From the IMG/VR virus record IMGVR_UViG_2936514734_000001, positions 96,001 to 160,000 of that record: a stretch of 64,000 nucleotides of DNA, one strand, 5' to 3'. This stretch comes from a virus. Lineage: Duplodnaviria; Caudoviricetes. The notes under the pieces are model-generated. The model had not been told where the DNA came from. It searched no databases and was given only the letters and a program-made list of their open reading frames with translations. How positions within the stretch are numbered: the stretch's first letter is position 1; each line of letters starts with the position of its first letter. Shown here piece by piece: positions 10,318 to 21,958 of the stretch. Both the position numbers and the translations under genes were made by a program.

Positions 10318-10340
10318 CTCCAGAAGGAGGTAGTCGCTGT

Positions 10341-10775
10341 ATGACTCCAGAAGATTTAAACAGTGCTCACAAAATAATTAATGGAATAACTGAAGGAGAT
10401 AAACCCTTCATGACACTCTTCTGTATCATCATGCTCTTTGTCATCTTCATGTCCGTTAAAGTAATGGCTTATGTACGTAGCGTTAGTGATAGCCACAAAG
10501 ACCAAATGACAGCCATGACTGAACATATGAAAGAACAAAGAGAAGATCATTATAGAATGGTAGCGGAAGATCGCTTACGTTCAGATAATCGTGAACGGGA
10601 ATTGTTCACTAACCTAGAAAAAAATACAGAACAACTCGAAGGCATTGCTACTACTCTAAAAGAAGTACAGTTTAACTTCACAAGTCTTGAAAATAAAGTT
10701 ACTCAAAACTTTAATTATCTTGAACGTGAAATTGAGAATGTCAAAGAGACCATTACAAAGAAAGACCGTGGCTAA
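10341..10775 (+). CDS. BhlA/UviB-like holin-like membrane protein
   Basis: GGAGG RBS before ATG 10341; one TM helix then RERELF coiled coil. Confidence 0.5.
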   Translation: MTPEDLNSAHKIINGITEGDKPFMTLFCIIMLFVIFMSVKVMAYVRSVSDSHKDQMTAMTEHMKEQREDHYRMVAEDRLRSDNRERELFTNLEKNTEQLEGIATTLKEVQFNFTSLENKVTQNFNYLEREIENVKETITKKDRG

Positions 10776-10796
10776 TCCATGGTCTTTTTCTTATGC

Positions 10797-11633
10797 TTAA
10801 ATTTCAAAAGTTTTTATGCCAAATGATTTATATTCATCAATCTTACCCTCTGGTATTACATTTCTTTGAGGATAATTAGAATAGTCTTGAGCATATCCTA
10901 TTGCATTCATATGAAAGTTTACTCCATCTTTACTGAATTCTCTTTGCATATGATCATGGCCGCAAATCCAATGTTTTGCATTCATGAATGGAAGTGTAGT
11001 CATATAACACCCATTAGGCTCAAAAGGTGAAAAAGGATTGTGTATTGGTGGAACATGAGATACAAACACATCGATTTCTACATCTTCTATTGTGTCGTAC
11101 CAATCCATAGAATCCTTATATAGCTTTCTAGGTATATCATTTGCAGTATGCCCATTTATTTTAATGTACTCAGAATCATTAGATACTCCTCTATAAAAAT
11201 CCCAGTCCTTTTGTGTTTTAGGAAGATACCACATAGCATCTCCGGCGAACACTTTTCCTTTGAATGTATCAACATTCTTAATTAAAGGAATTACGTTAGG
11301 AATTTCAGAAGCTCTTGTAACAAGGTCATTTAATCGTCCTAGAGAATCTATATATTTCTTTCGTTGATTCTTAGAGATTAGGTACAAATCATGATTACCG
11401 AATGTAAAATAAACTCTCTCATATGACTTGGCCGCTTCATCTAATATCCATAAAGCTTGATTGTTCCATTCACTAAAATCACCAGGAAGGACCAATACCT
11501 CTCCATGTCCATTTTCTATTAATCTATTAGTTAATTGTCTTGTTCTGTATTCCCATTTCATCTGATTATTTGTCCAGGTCATCCAGTGATTAGCATGTAA
11601 ATCAGATGCATAATCTATCTTCATATATGTCAT
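10797..11633 (-). CDS. Calcineurin-like metallophosphoesterase
   Basis: SDLH, GDFS, FGNHD, SHVPP, GHDH. Confidence 0.9.
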   Translation of the reverse strand: MTYMKIDYASDLHANHWMTWTNNQMKWEYRTRQLTNRLIENGHGEVLVLPGDFSEWNNQALWILDEAAKSYERVYFTFGNHDLYLISKNQRKKYIDSLGRLNDLVTRASEIPNVIPLIKNVDTFKGKVFAGDAMWYLPKTQKDWDFYRGVSNDSEYIKINGHTANDIPRKLYKDSMDWYDTIEDVEIDVFVSHVPPIHNPFSPFEPNGCYMTTLPFMNAKHWICGHDHMQREFSKDGVNFHMNAIGYAQDYSNYPQRNVIPEGKIDEYKSFGIKTFEI

Positions 11634-11979
11634 TCCTTTTATTCTTCTAATCTATCAACAATAATTCTACACTTCTGTCTACGATACATATGGTTAGAAT
11701 CTTCTTCAGTGTAAAATGATATATCTCTTACAATGTAACTAGTCAGAACACCCTTGTCCTTAAACCCTCTTTGGTTAAATGTCATGTATTCAATTGTGGA
11801 ACCAACTGGTGGTAACACATAAAGAGGATTATTCCAGCCTCCATAGTAACTTTTGGTTGCATCACTGTGATTATTGATGATTTCTCCATCACAAATAATT
11901 TCCATCTTCATTTGTCCTAACCCCATATTAACCCTCCTTAAAATCAAAAAAGGTAGGGGCGTTAGCCCCACCCTCTCTC

Positions 11980-12246
11980 TTATTCAATCCAACTATCTAG
12001 AATATAAACAACGCCGTTTTTTGCATCAAAAGTGATATGTCCTGCGTAGCCCATAGGTTCGTCCATATCCTTAAATATGTCTGCTAAATCCTGAAGACTA
12101 TCGATTTCTACATCTTTTAAGATAAACCACTTTTTATTTTCATAGCTCATTTCCGCTAAATGACTATCCATATTGGCAATCTTGCCTCTGAGGTACTCCA
12201 TGTACGGCTCAAGCTCTCCTGCAAGCGAACGAATTTCTATTTTCAT
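11980..12246 (-). CDS. Hypothetical protein
   Basis: ORF with RBS, followed by terminator. Confidence 0.55.
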   Translation of the reverse strand: MKIEIRSLAGELEPYMEYLRGKIANMDSHLAEMSYENKKWFILKDVEIDSLQDLADIFKDMDEPMGYAGHITFDAKNGVVYILDSWIE

Positions 12247-12501
12247 TTTTACCCCCTAACAATTCACAAGCAGAGGAGGCTAACGCCTCCACCCGTTTTC
12301 TTTGTTCTCTACGCTTCTTACGCCACATTGGTTTCCTTCCCCAACTATGACTGCTAGGTTTTCTTCCTTTTTCCCAGTACCAATCTCTAATATAAGGATT
12401 GTTTTTCTTGGGTTTAAAAGGAATAGGGTATACATCCCAAACCTTTGGCTGCTTAAGTTCATATTTCATGCACTCTTTAAAGGGAAGGTTATCGTAGTTT
12501 G

Positions 12502-12783
12502 TCACCATGTTAACCACCCGTATGTGTGATACTCTTTCTTTGGTGGATGATGAGCATCATCTTTAACCAGTCTGTATTTTGCACGAATGTGACGTTTCCA
12601 CTTCTTCTTGTTACTGTATGATTCTGTATAGCCACCGTACTTCATTGTGAAGTATTTACGTGCTTTAAATAAACGTTCTTTCTTTGGATCGAACAAGCGG
12701 GTGTTTTTAGCTGCACAATAACGACTGCTCACCTTTTCTACTTGTTCTTGTTCCCATAATTCGATTTCTTTTTGATTAAACAA
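12502..12783 (-). CDS. Basic hypothetical protein; possibly extends to ATG 12888 across an in-frame TAA
   Basis: ORF track plus upstream in-frame mini-ORF. Confidence 0.45.
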   Translation of the reverse strand: MFNQKEIELWEQEQVEKVSSRYCAAKNTRLFDPKKERLFKARKYFTMKYGGYTESYSNKKKWKRHIRAKYRLVKDDAHHPPKKEYHTYGWLTW

Positions 12784-13337
12784 TACTATCCCTGAAAACT
12801 TGAGTAATATTTACGCTCGTCTTATTGGCGTAGGCTCATAGTTTTCAGAGTGTAGTAATTCCGATGGTTCCATATATCCAAAATACATACTATCTACCTC
12901 ACTTTTTTAATAAATTATCTAAAGCTTCTATTCTTGTATCCTTACATTCCTTAATTAATACAGGGATTAACTGCATTGCAAAATCAGCCATATCTTTTTT
13001 ATCCCCTTTGTCAACTTTACTGTTGAATTCGGCTTCGACTTTTTCTAAGTCTAATGCGTAGTTACTCACTTTTTTCCCACCCATCTTTTTGCTTAGCTCC
13101 ACCTTTAACTGCTTTATCTGCACATTTATTACAGATTAAAAGATTCTTCTTCTTAACAACAAATGCTAAGAAAGTATCATCTTCTTCCTTAAAATCTGTT
13201 TTACAAAGTTCACAGCTAGTAATATCTTTTCTTGTTCTAAAGAATGTTTTAAACTTCATAAAATTAAACATCACAGTAGTTATTTCAAAATCCTCAGTAT
13301 AATGCTGTGTGAATTTATAACTCATAAACTTCCCACC

Positions 13338-13652
13338 TTATAAACAAATAACTTGATTACTTTGAATCGTTATTATTTCCTGGTCAATAACACTACCTTT
13401 ATGTTTTAGCTTGTTATAGATACGTCTAGATCGCTCATTAAGAGTTTCATTCATTCCAATACTAAATTTACAGTAAGGAAGGTTTTGCTTGTCACATGCA
13501 ACGAACATTATGTTAGTACCTTTCTTATTACGTTTTACTAACATAGAAGCACAAGTTGGACAAGGAACTTTATTGAAAGCTAGTTCCTCGCCTGTCATGG
13601 TGTAATGATTCATTTTTATATGACTAAGATATTTAACCGCTTGAATATTCAT
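13338..13652 (-). CDS. Topoisomerase-type Zn-ribbon protein
   Basis: CPTCASMLVKR..FVAC..PYCKF. Confidence 0.55.
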   Translation of the reverse strand: MNIQAVKYLSHIKMNHYTMTGEELAFNKVPCPTCASMLVKRNKKGTNIMFVACDKQNLPYCKFSIGMNETLNERSRRIYNKLKHKGSVIDQEIITIQSNQVICL

Positions 13653-14955
13653 TTACTAGCACTCCTTACCTAGTAATTTAAATAATTCACCAACTGATAA
13701 TTCTTTTACTGGTACACTAGATAAAGGTAGTTCTCTTTTATTAGTAATCTTTGAATAACTGTTATCAACTTCATAATCAGGATCTTTTAAATTTAATGAT
13801 TCTTCTAGCTTTGAATCACTTTCAGATAACACAATTGCTGTTGTGGATCTACCTGGCGTACGATAAAATACTCGAAATGCTCTCATATTATTTCTCCTCA
13901 CTTTTAATCAATCAAAAATATCAAAGTCGAAGTCGAAGCTTCCTCCTCCACCTCCACCAAATCGTGCGATTAGATAAAGAGTAGTAATAATAAATGCAAC
14001 TAACCATCCCCAATGATACTCAACAAACATCATGATGATGGAAATAACCCATAAAACAAAACAAAGAAACGAAAACACAGTCAACCCTCCTTTAAATTCT
14101 TTTCTTCTAATAACCTACTGAAATAATTCTTATGCTCTATCAATTTTTGTTCATAGGATTTTTTTCTCTCAGCACTTTCACCGTATAAATTCATAACACG
14201 AATAATGTTCTCCAATTGATTAATTTGAATTTCTTGTTCGGCTATTTTTTTGTTTATATTCACTTACTCCCACCAGAACCTTTCAGTTAGCCTTTTAAAG
14301 CCTTCATTGATGGAATCAGTAACATATTCTTCTTGAAATTGTTTAATAACTGTCCGCTTAGCATGGTCGTAAGACATACACCAGTCTTCTTCAAATATTT
14401 CATCTACTAACCTTGTATTTCTATATATAATCTCTTTTTCAACTTCTTCATCAGTGCCTTTGTATCCATAATTCATTTCTAACCACTGCTCAAAAGTTAA
14501 TGCCTTAGACAACTTTAGAACTGTCACTTTAATCTCTCCTTTACGATAAAGGTTCTATTGATTCAAAATCCTTAACCTTAACATAGATAATAGTTTCTTT
14601 CGGAGACTTATAATAATAGGACACGTCAGATACTGTTCCTTGGTATGTCCAATTACTTGGCTCATCATGAATCACTTTTTCATTGATGCGAGGAACCGTT
14701 ACTGGACCGCATACAATTTCTTGAGACATATAATTCTGACCGTTTTGTTCATTAATGAATTTAATTTGAAATAGCAACTTTCTCTTCTCCTTACTTATAT
14801 AATTTTTTGATTTTCAAATATAAGAGCATGTAATTTTTGTAGGCGTTCATTTTCCTCACGCAATTCCTTATTTTCTTTTAACAACTGTTCATGGCTTTTA
14901 TATACATGTTTAAAATCATCTTCTAATAACTGATACTTTAATGGTGTTTCCATAA

Positions 14956-15270
14956 TCATTTCTCCTTTTTAATGTTCATTTGGGGAAAGGTTACATGGAC
15001 GATTTCAAAATCACTATCATAAGAAACATTTACAACCGTTCCTTTTTGTAAAGCTTCATATAGACCTTCATCATTAGAAGACAATTTCACTTTCTGGTCA
15101 TCCTTTTTAAATACAATGCTGTATTCATCCCAACAACCTTTCATACAGTGTTCTATTTTCTTTTTGTCTTCCACTACAACATTCTTGAAGGTGCCACTTA
15201 CTTTAGGTGGTTCACTTGAACAAGCGGTTAATAATGATAAAGATAAAAATAAAGTTATAAATTTTTTCAT
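14956..15270 (-). CDS. Lipoprotein
   Basis: Lipobox LTAC after hydrophobic signal. Confidence 0.8.
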   Translation of the reverse strand: MKKFITLFLSLSLLTACSSEPPKVSGTFKNVVVEDKKKIEHCMKGCWDEYSIVFKKDDQKVKLSSNDEGLYEALQKGTVVNVSYDSDFEIVHVTFPQMNIKKEK

Positions 15271-15365
15271 ATTATTTTCCTCACGATTTCTATTCTTAAT
15301 AAGCTAATTCTCTCTAAATAACAAATAGAAGTGACAAGTTAACTTAGCCACTTCTATCTCTTTTG

Positions 15366-15992
15366 TCAAATGGAATTTGCTCTTCTAAGAATAGGTTTTA
15401 ATTCTTTCATACGTAATCGGTTTGCACCTGCAGCGGTAATGTATACCTCTGTTTCAACACGAATAGCACCTTTAATAGGATCTACATAAATCCGTGCCGG
15501 TTTCTCTTCATAAAAACCTTTAGATACAGAAGTTAAATATGGTTTGTAATCTTTCTTTAAAACCTTTTTCTCATGAAGCATTTGAAGTAATGAATCAACA
15601 GGGTTGTCCTTCATATATTCTTCTAATCCATTTTCATAAACATGAACAAAGTCATGTAGAAATTGACGTAAAGTTGTACGGTTGTTCTTATAAATACAAC
15701 GAATAAAACGATTAGAGTTTTGTCCTGTTTGCAAAAGAACAACATCTTTCTCTAATTTTGTTTTCATCAAATTCTCTACTTGTTCAATAAGTAGTTCTCT
15801 TTCTTTTCCTTTTAGTTCAATTTCTTCATTTTTAATATTGAGAAGTTTTGTTTTCTCTTCTTTTTGAACTCTTTGAGTTTCCATTTCCAATGCCTGTTCC
15901 GCTATTAGACGTCTTTGTTCTTTTAAGAAATCCTGTGCCATTAATAAGTTTGTTTTCACATTAGATGTTGATTTAATTAGACTTTTCCCCAT
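15366..15992 (-). CDS. Coiled coil plus KilAC/ANT-like DNA-binding protein
   Basis: C-terminal KPY..KGFYEEK..VYITAAG; next to Bro-N/ANT gene. Confidence 0.5.
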   Translation of the reverse strand: MGKSLIKSTSNVKTNLLMAQDFLKEQRRLIAEQALEMETQRVQKEEKTKLLNIKNEEIELKGKERELLIEQVENLMKTKLEKDVVLLQTGQNSNRFIRCIYKNNRTTLRQFLHDFVHVYENGLEEYMKDNPVDSLLQMLHEKKVLKKDYKPYLTSVSKGFYEEKPARIYVDPIKGAIRVETEVYITAAGANRLRMKELKPILRRANSI

Positions 15993-16051
15993 ACTATTTC
16001 GCTCCTTTGTAAAATAAAAAAAGACAGAGGATTATCCTCTGTCTCATGTGT

Positions 16052-16873
16052 TTAAAGATTAAAATGTTTATCAAGTTCACCACATAAGTAATCAAAACCC
16101 TTTTTAGTGATAAAAACTTGATTCTTTAATACCTTTAAAATATTTCTTTTTACAAGTTGTTTATGCGGCATATTTCTTGTGTTCCCTTCAGAACCAAGCA
16201 TACGCTTATTACGCATCCATTTGAACAAGCGGTTGCGCCCTAGATTATATCTTGGATGCATAATTCGAGCAAAATCATCTATAGTCATCAAAGCATCTTC
16301 TGCTAAAAACTCTTTATATTTCTTGGCATATGGTTGTAATTCTTTAATTGTATTGTCAATTGAAGAAATCTCTTCTTTAATTTGTTCAGTTTGCTCATTC
16401 AACATATCTACTTCTAAATTAAGTTGAGCAATTTCTGATTCTTGTTGAAATAATAATTCATCTAATTTATTTAATAAAACAGATGTTTGTTGTTGAATAG
16501 TTAGATTTTGTCCAAGCGTTACCCCAGTAGTTCTAAGTTCTTTCATGTGTGCCTTCACAGCTTTCTTACACTCTTTAGCAACAGGTTTACGAGATTGAAA
16601 TAAAACCTCATATACTCCCTGTTCTGTTAAAAGCCATGATTCTTGGGCACCGCTTGGGGTCGGAACAATTCTCCGAACCTTTTCATCTTCATCTACATTC
16701 TTTAACATCTTATTAATAGATGAAAGATCATATTGAATCCAAATAGCTACGTCTTTTGCAAGGAATAATGGATTTTCATATGTCCCATATATTGAAATGG
16801 TGTGCCCCTCAAAGAGAACTTCTGAGATTGGAACTAAAATTTCTACATTCATTACTTCATTTGTCATGTACAA
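16052..16873 (-). CDS. Phage antirepressor (Bro-N plus KilAC/ANT)
   Basis: PLFLAKDVA, LTEQGVYEVLFQSRKPVAK, GRNRLFKWMR, ITKKG. Confidence 0.9.
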   Translation of the reverse strand: MYMTNEVMNVEILVPISEVLFEGHTISIYGTYENPLFLAKDVAIWIQYDLSSINKMLKNVDEDEKVRRIVPTPSGAQESWLLTEQGVYEVLFQSRKPVAKECKKAVKAHMKELRTTGVTLGQNLTIQQQTSVLLNKLDELLFQQESEIAQLNLEVDMLNEQTEQIKEEISSIDNTIKELQPYAKKYKEFLAEDALMTIDDFARIMHPRYNLGRNRLFKWMRNKRMLGSEGNTRNMPHKQLVKRNILKVLKNQVFITKKGFDYLCGELDKHFNL

Positions 16874-17636
16874 TCCTCCAAATTAAAAAGAGACAACCGC
16901 GCTGTATATCTCTTCCTAAGAATCTAATTGGTCTAGGATAGAATACATATTAAGGAGAGTTTCTTTCCCTCTCCAAAAGACAAATAAAGATATAATATCA
17001 ATATTAAGTTGAATATTATTATGAATATCTAGAAGAACTACTTCTTGAAAAGAATAATCAAGAATACTCTCCTTAATTAGTTTCCCCTACTTTCTAAAAA
17101 ATTATCATCACCCGGTGCAAACCTAGCTTCTAATAATATGTCGTTGATAATATTACCAACATTAAAATTCTCTTCCTCTAAATCTAAGTAGATGGGTCTA
17201 GCACCTAATTCTCTTTTAATATAAAGTTCATCCATATCTTCTACATTCTCATTGTCTAAAATATCTGGCCTATCTCTTTTAGGCTCAATTATTGCTATAC
17301 CAATGGTGGGGAAATATAGAAGAACCTCTGTGGAACCTATTTTTATATTCTCTTCATACATAAGATGAAAAAATGAGTTCCTAACAATCTCCAAAACCTC
17401 AGACTTGTTAATACAAAACACCTCCAAAAAACCATTAAACCTCAATTTATTTATACCACATAATAACAAAATCTAAAAGGTAATATGGCATAGTAACAGA
17501 AGATTTTCAGATTAATTTTATAGTAATTAAGGACTAGAAAACTAACCCATCTTTAAATATTTGAGCTTATTCTTTACAAGTAAATCCTTAATGGTTCAAA
17601 TACTTAAAGACAAGTTAGTTAAGAGGAGGAAATAAT

Positions 17637-17789
17637 ATGTTGAAGATTGTAGATAAGAATGGAAAAGTTGTAATGGAAATGCAAGATAGCGGTGCATTAA
17701 CATTCCATGATGCAAAGATTGAAAAATCTTTCAAAGAAAATCCTTTAAAAGAATCTAAAAGTTCTAAGGAGGAACCACAACATGACTAA
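17637..17789 (+). CDS. Small hypothetical protein (50 aa, not in track)
   Basis: AGGAGG RBS; MLKIVDKNGKVVMEMQDSG..; overlaps next start. Confidence 0.55.
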   Translation: MLKIVDKNGKVVMEMQDSGALTFHDAKIEKSFKENPLKESKSSKEEPQHD

Positions 17790-18369
17790 TACTGTTGAGA
17801 AAACTGAACAAAAAGAAATGTTGGGAATTCTTATTACTAAAAATGAAGTATCAAATATGAACATGGAATATATTCATGTTGCTAACTTTGCTATTGAAAC
17901 TATCTTAAAAACTATTCGATTAAATGAATCTGCTCAAATAGAAGCGGTTCATAAATTAGTAGATCGTACACCTAACTGGATGGAGTTAGAACCAGAAGAA
18001 CAATCTTATAAAATCAAAACCGTTTTAACTATTGAAACTGTTATTGAATATCTTCGTTTAGAAAATTATATTCGTGAAGATATTGATATGATTGAAGTAG
18101 GTGTTGATCCGGAAGGAACAATTATTGTTTCTGCTTTCTATATTAAAAAGAATGAAATTACAGATAAAGTATTTAAAGAACAATATACAGAAGAACAAAT
18201 CGAAGAAATGGAAAAACAATTAAATATCTTAGATGGTTCTATTAATATCTACGAAGAAGCTAAGAAACGTGTTGAACAGATGAAAAAGAACAATGTAGTT
18301 CCTTTTCAAAATCGTGCTGCACGTCGTCTAGCTAAGAATGCTAAGAAAGTGAGGCTCCCACATAAATGA
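17782..18369 (+). CDS. Hypothetical protein
   Basis: RBS, operon. Confidence 0.7.
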   Translation: MTNTVEKTEQKEMLGILITKNEVSNMNMEYIHVANFAIETILKTIRLNESAQIEAVHKLVDRTPNWMELEPEEQSYKIKTVLTIETVIEYLRLENYIREDIDMIEVGVDPEGTIIVSAFYIKKNEITDKVFKEQYTEEQIEEMEKQLNILDGSINIYEEAKKRVEQMKKNNVVPFQNRAARRLAKNAKKVRLPHK

Positions 18370-19007
18370 GTAAAGAACAAGTAAAACAAAATTCTATTCC
18401 TAACTATGTAGTTGAAGAAGAAAATGAGGAAGAAACTTTCACTTTAGATTTTAAAAATAAAACAGCATTTTCTAAAACTGAAGGTGTTATTATGAGTGAA
18501 AATATTAGTGCTTCAAATATTGACACTTCAAAAATTGTAGATGGTTCGAAAATTGTAGCTAACACAATTACATCTAATGAATTTAATAATGTATATCCAT
18601 TCCCAGGAACTCCTTATCCATATTCAGAAACACCAGTTAGACCTCTTCCTCACAATCCTTTACCAGTAGAATTAAAACCTGCTGAACCAACTTTCAAAGA
18701 TGAATTACAAGATTTATTGATTAATAGTGTAACTTCAAAAGCCATTGCTTCTCTTTTAAGCAAACATCGTGCTCTAGATAATGAATTGGATGAACTTATG
18801 AGCAAGCGTCGAATGGGTGAACTAGGAGATATTCTTGACCAAGAAATGGATGAAATGATGAATAAACGTCGCCAAGAATTACGTGCTTGTTATGTAGGTG
18901 GAGACGTTCGTTATGAAAAGATTCCAGAATGGGCTAAACGCTATGTTAAAGAATACATCGGAAACATGATTCACGGATTAGCTATTTTAGTAGAAGATGG
19001 GGAATAG
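18366..19007 (+). CDS. Hypothetical protein
   Basis: ATGA overlap with previous ORF. Confidence 0.7.
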   Translation: MSKEQVKQNSIPNYVVEEENEEETFTLDFKNKTAFSKTEGVIMSENISASNIDTSKIVDGSKIVANTITSNEFNNVYPFPGTPYPYSETPVRPLPHNPLPVELKPAEPTFKDELQDLLINSVTSKAIASLLSKHRALDNELDELMSKRRMGELGDILDQEMDEMMNKRRQELRACYVGGDVRYEKIPEWAKRYVKEYIGNMIHGLAILVEDGE

Positions 19008-19062
19008 TATTTTTTTCTAGGTTATTCCCCTAGATTTTGTTATAATATAGGAGAGGATACAT

Positions 19063-19545
19063 ATGTTTTTCTTAGGATTAGATCCCTCAACTAAGTGCAC
19101 AGGATACTGTGTCATGGATGAAAAATACGACATTATTGAAAGCGGAAAGATTAATATTCCTGAACATGAAGATGAAGCAGGTAAAATCTTTTATCAAATC
19201 GAACAGATTGAAGCTATTTTCAATAAATATAAAATTACAAAAGCATTATGTGAAGACCAATTTAGTAAATTAAACATCGATACTTTAAAGAAACTTACAA
19301 GAGTTTCTGGAACAATTCTTTACCTCGCCCGTAAACACAAGATTGATACTAGCCTCATATACCCTACAAGTTGGCGAAAAGTTTTTCACGGTTCCGGTAA
19401 AGCGAAAAAAGAAGATACCTTCCATAAAGTTCTCGCTCTTTATGACTTTGAGAATTTAGTTTTTAAGCATGATAACGATATGACAGATGCCATAGGTATT
19501 GCCTGGGCGTGTGTAGACTTACATAAGGAAGGTGTAGCTGCTTGA
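19063..19545 (+). CDS. ruvC: RuvC-like Holliday junction resolvase
   Basis: LGLDPST..GY, CED, G.GKAKKE, DMTDAIGIA. Confidence 0.85.
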   Translation: MFFLGLDPSTKCTGYCVMDEKYDIIESGKINIPEHEDEAGKIFYQIEQIEAIFNKYKITKALCEDQFSKLNIDTLKKLTRVSGTILYLARKHKIDTSLIYPTSWRKVFHGSGKAKKEDTFHKVLALYDFENLVFKHDNDMTDAIGIAWACVDLHKEGVAA

Positions 19546-19811
19546 GGATATACCGTGGAAACATAGGTGTAGAACTAACTCTTGAAGAATTCTCCGATCT
19601 GATACAAGATGAAGATCAAATCGATGACTTACTTAACCTTATCTATGAAATGGAGATGGATGAAGTCATGAACTATGATACTAATGAAATTAAAGCATTT
19701 GAGCAAGACTTATATAAAGAAGTAGCAGAGTATCAACGAAAGCAAGATGCTAGTAATGATACGATCAAAATGGAACGTACTCTTGCCCGCTTAGAAAAGT
19801 ATGGACGATAA
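19542..19811 (+). CDS. Acidic hypothetical protein upstream of sigma factor
   Basis: Overlapping operon ORF. Confidence 0.6.
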   Translation: MRIYRGNIGVELTLEEFSDLIQDEDQIDDLLNLIYEMEMDEVMNYDTNEIKAFEQDLYKEVAEYQRKQDASNDTIKMERTLARLEKYGR

Positions 19812-20613
19812 AGAACTTCAATATCAACGTATCGAAGAATTAGTATTTGAATATCAAGCAGGTTCTTCTAAGGCTGGGTTAGAAATAATCCAGTCTTTTG
19901 GTTATGATCCAGCAACAAAAGAACTGTCTAGGTATATAGGCAAATACTTTAATTTATTAAGATACGGCGTAATCAATTTTAAAGATAAAGATACTCGTCT
20001 GTTTATTAGAATGTTTGTATCAGAACAAGCGGTTAGAGATGGCCTTATCCCCTTCTACCAATATGCAGATATTAAAAAGGCTGCTCGTAAAAAAGTTCAA
20101 ATGATAAACTTCCGCTTGAGACATTTAACAGATGAAGAAATTATTAATGACCTCTGCTACATTCTCCTTAAACTTGCCAAACGATATAAGAAAAAGGGTT
20201 CTAAAAAGAATTTCTGTGGATTCGTCTATAACAAATCTTTTCGTGGGGAACTAAAAACTCACTATAAATATTTATTTGAGGATTTATTGTACTCAAAGGA
20301 TATTGAGCCATTAGAGGATTTTATAGATGAAGATAGTGAAATAACTATAGATGACAAATGGTATTTAGATTTATATTTTGAAAAAGAAACCCAAGAACTA
20401 GGATTCAATTGGATTCTAGGCAGAACCGCTACTTTTCCCTTCAATCAATTAACTCGATTTGAACGAACCCTCATATCACTCTATGACCATAAGGGTATGA
20501 CGTATGAAGAAGTAGGTGCTCAAATGGGCTACCATCGTGATACTATATGGAGCAAACGAAAACAAATCAAAAACAAAATTCAAGAATTATTAAAGAAACC
20601 TCCCTGTGATTAG
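19801..20613 (+). CDS. Phage RNA polymerase sigma-70-type factor
   Basis: Region-4 HTH LTRFERTLISLY..GMTYEEVGAQMGYHRDTI; region-2-like LAKRY..FCGFVY. Confidence 0.7.
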   Translation: MDDKELQYQRIEELVFEYQAGSSKAGLEIIQSFGYDPATKELSRYIGKYFNLLRYGVINFKDKDTRLFIRMFVSEQAVRDGLIPFYQYADIKKAARKKVQMINFRLRHLTDEEIINDLCYILLKLAKRYKKKGSKKNFCGFVYNKSFRGELKTHYKYLFEDLLYSKDIEPLEDFIDEDSEITIDDKWYLDLYFEKETQELGFNWILGRTATFPFNQLTRFERTLISLYDHKGMTYEEVGAQMGYHRDTIWSKRKQIKNKIQELLKKPPCD

Positions 20614-20627
20614 CAAGGAGGTTCTTT

Positions 20628-21218
20628 TTATTCTTCAATTATCTTTAATGTTAATGGACCTCCTCCTACTTTGTCCTTGTAACTAACCTCATACGTAATA
20701 CCTCTGTAGGAATAAGTACGCTTTTCTCTATCTTCAAGTGTTTTAAAGATTTTAAGTTTATCATTCATAATTGATTCTCTTTTTTTATGAGAGAGATTTG
20801 GATCTGCGGTAAGGATAGCCAACCCTAAAGCCAGTCGTACATTATCATTATTTTTTATAGCTTTCTTCGAATCCCCATACATTAGCCTGCCTGATACTGA
20901 TACGAAACCAAAATCTCCATCAGCATCTCGATTAGTATTCAGTCCTACATAGATATTGTCTTTAATTTTACCTATCTTTGTAGGGCCCATATTTGTTTGA
21001 TCTACAGCTTCATTTTTAATTTTCCCAAGGTTCCCTACACCCTTGTAGGAATTAGCTTCTTTTTTCCACCTTTTTTTGAACCCTTTCCATGTCAAAGCAA
21101 AGGATTTTTTCTTTTTCTCTTTAGCCTCTACTACACTGACAGTTGGATCAGCGACAAAATAACTTGTAACCGCTGACAAGGTAAATACCAAAACAATACT
21201 CACCAGTATTTTTTTCAT
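20628..21218 (-). CDS. Secreted hypothetical protein
   Basis: Signal peptide MKKILVSIVLVFTLSAV. Confidence 0.7.
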   Translation of the reverse strand: MKKILVSIVLVFTLSAVTSYFVADPTVSVVEAKEKKKKSFALTWKGFKKRWKKEANSYKGVGNLGKIKNEAVDQTNMGPTKIGKIKDNIYVGLNTNRDADGDFGFVSVSGRLMYGDSKKAIKNNDNVRLALGLAILTADPNLSHKKRESIMNDKLKIFKTLEDREKRTYSYRGITYEVSYKDKVGGGPLTLKIIEE

Positions 21219-21426
21219 CTTACTCCCCCTAAATTTCTTCGTAGCATTAATATATTACTAGGTATAGGAAAAATATTCTATAGTTCATGACATAATACCT
21301 GTACTTTTAACTCAAAAAATTTATTAACTAATTTAAGGAAGCATTTTTCGGTTTATAAAGAAATACATATTAGAAGAACCTACGAAGAAACCTCCCTGCG
21401 ACTGACAAGGAGGTTTTTCATATTAC

Positions 21427-21897
21427 TTAAGTAAGAATTGGTTTAAATTCCATGGCACATTTAATATGTCTGCTTAAATCATAATTAGCTGGACACCTAA
21501 AGATAAAAGCCCTAAGCTCATCAAAGTCACTATCTGTAAATAAACCCTTTAAAGGACTACATTTAAATACACCTACTAGAATCTTACTTATTTGTGTATG
21601 CACATTATTAAGAGGAATCTTCTCCAATCGTTGATTTTCCCATATCATTAAATTATCATAGACATTTGATAGCCTTCTATAGTTAATAACATGGGCAATT
21701 AAATTCCCAACAATACGATACTCCTCTTCATGATACGGTGGTATCTTAGAAAAAACTTTTAATACTTTATCAGGTATCTTAATAGCTAATTCCGCTTGTT
21801 CGTTTATCATATATTTTTCAATATCTTCCTCTGGTACCATAGACAACTTAATTGGCTTTAAAGGTTTATAATCTCTCATAGACCGGCTCCATTTCAC
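21427..21897 (-). CDS. Hypothetical protein
   Basis: ORF. Confidence 0.55.
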   Translation of the reverse strand: MKWSRSMRDYKPLKPIKLSMVPEEDIEKYMINEQAELAIKIPDKVLKVFSKIPPYHEEEYRIVGNLIAHVINYRRLSNVYDNLMIWENQRLEKIPLNNVHTQISKILVGVFKCSPLKGLFTDSDFDELRAFIFRCPANYDLSRHIKCAMEFKPILT

Positions 21898-21958
21898 TTA
21901 ATATATTCCTTTAGGTTATATTTCGACGGAAAGAAACAAAATACCTTTTATTAATCTA

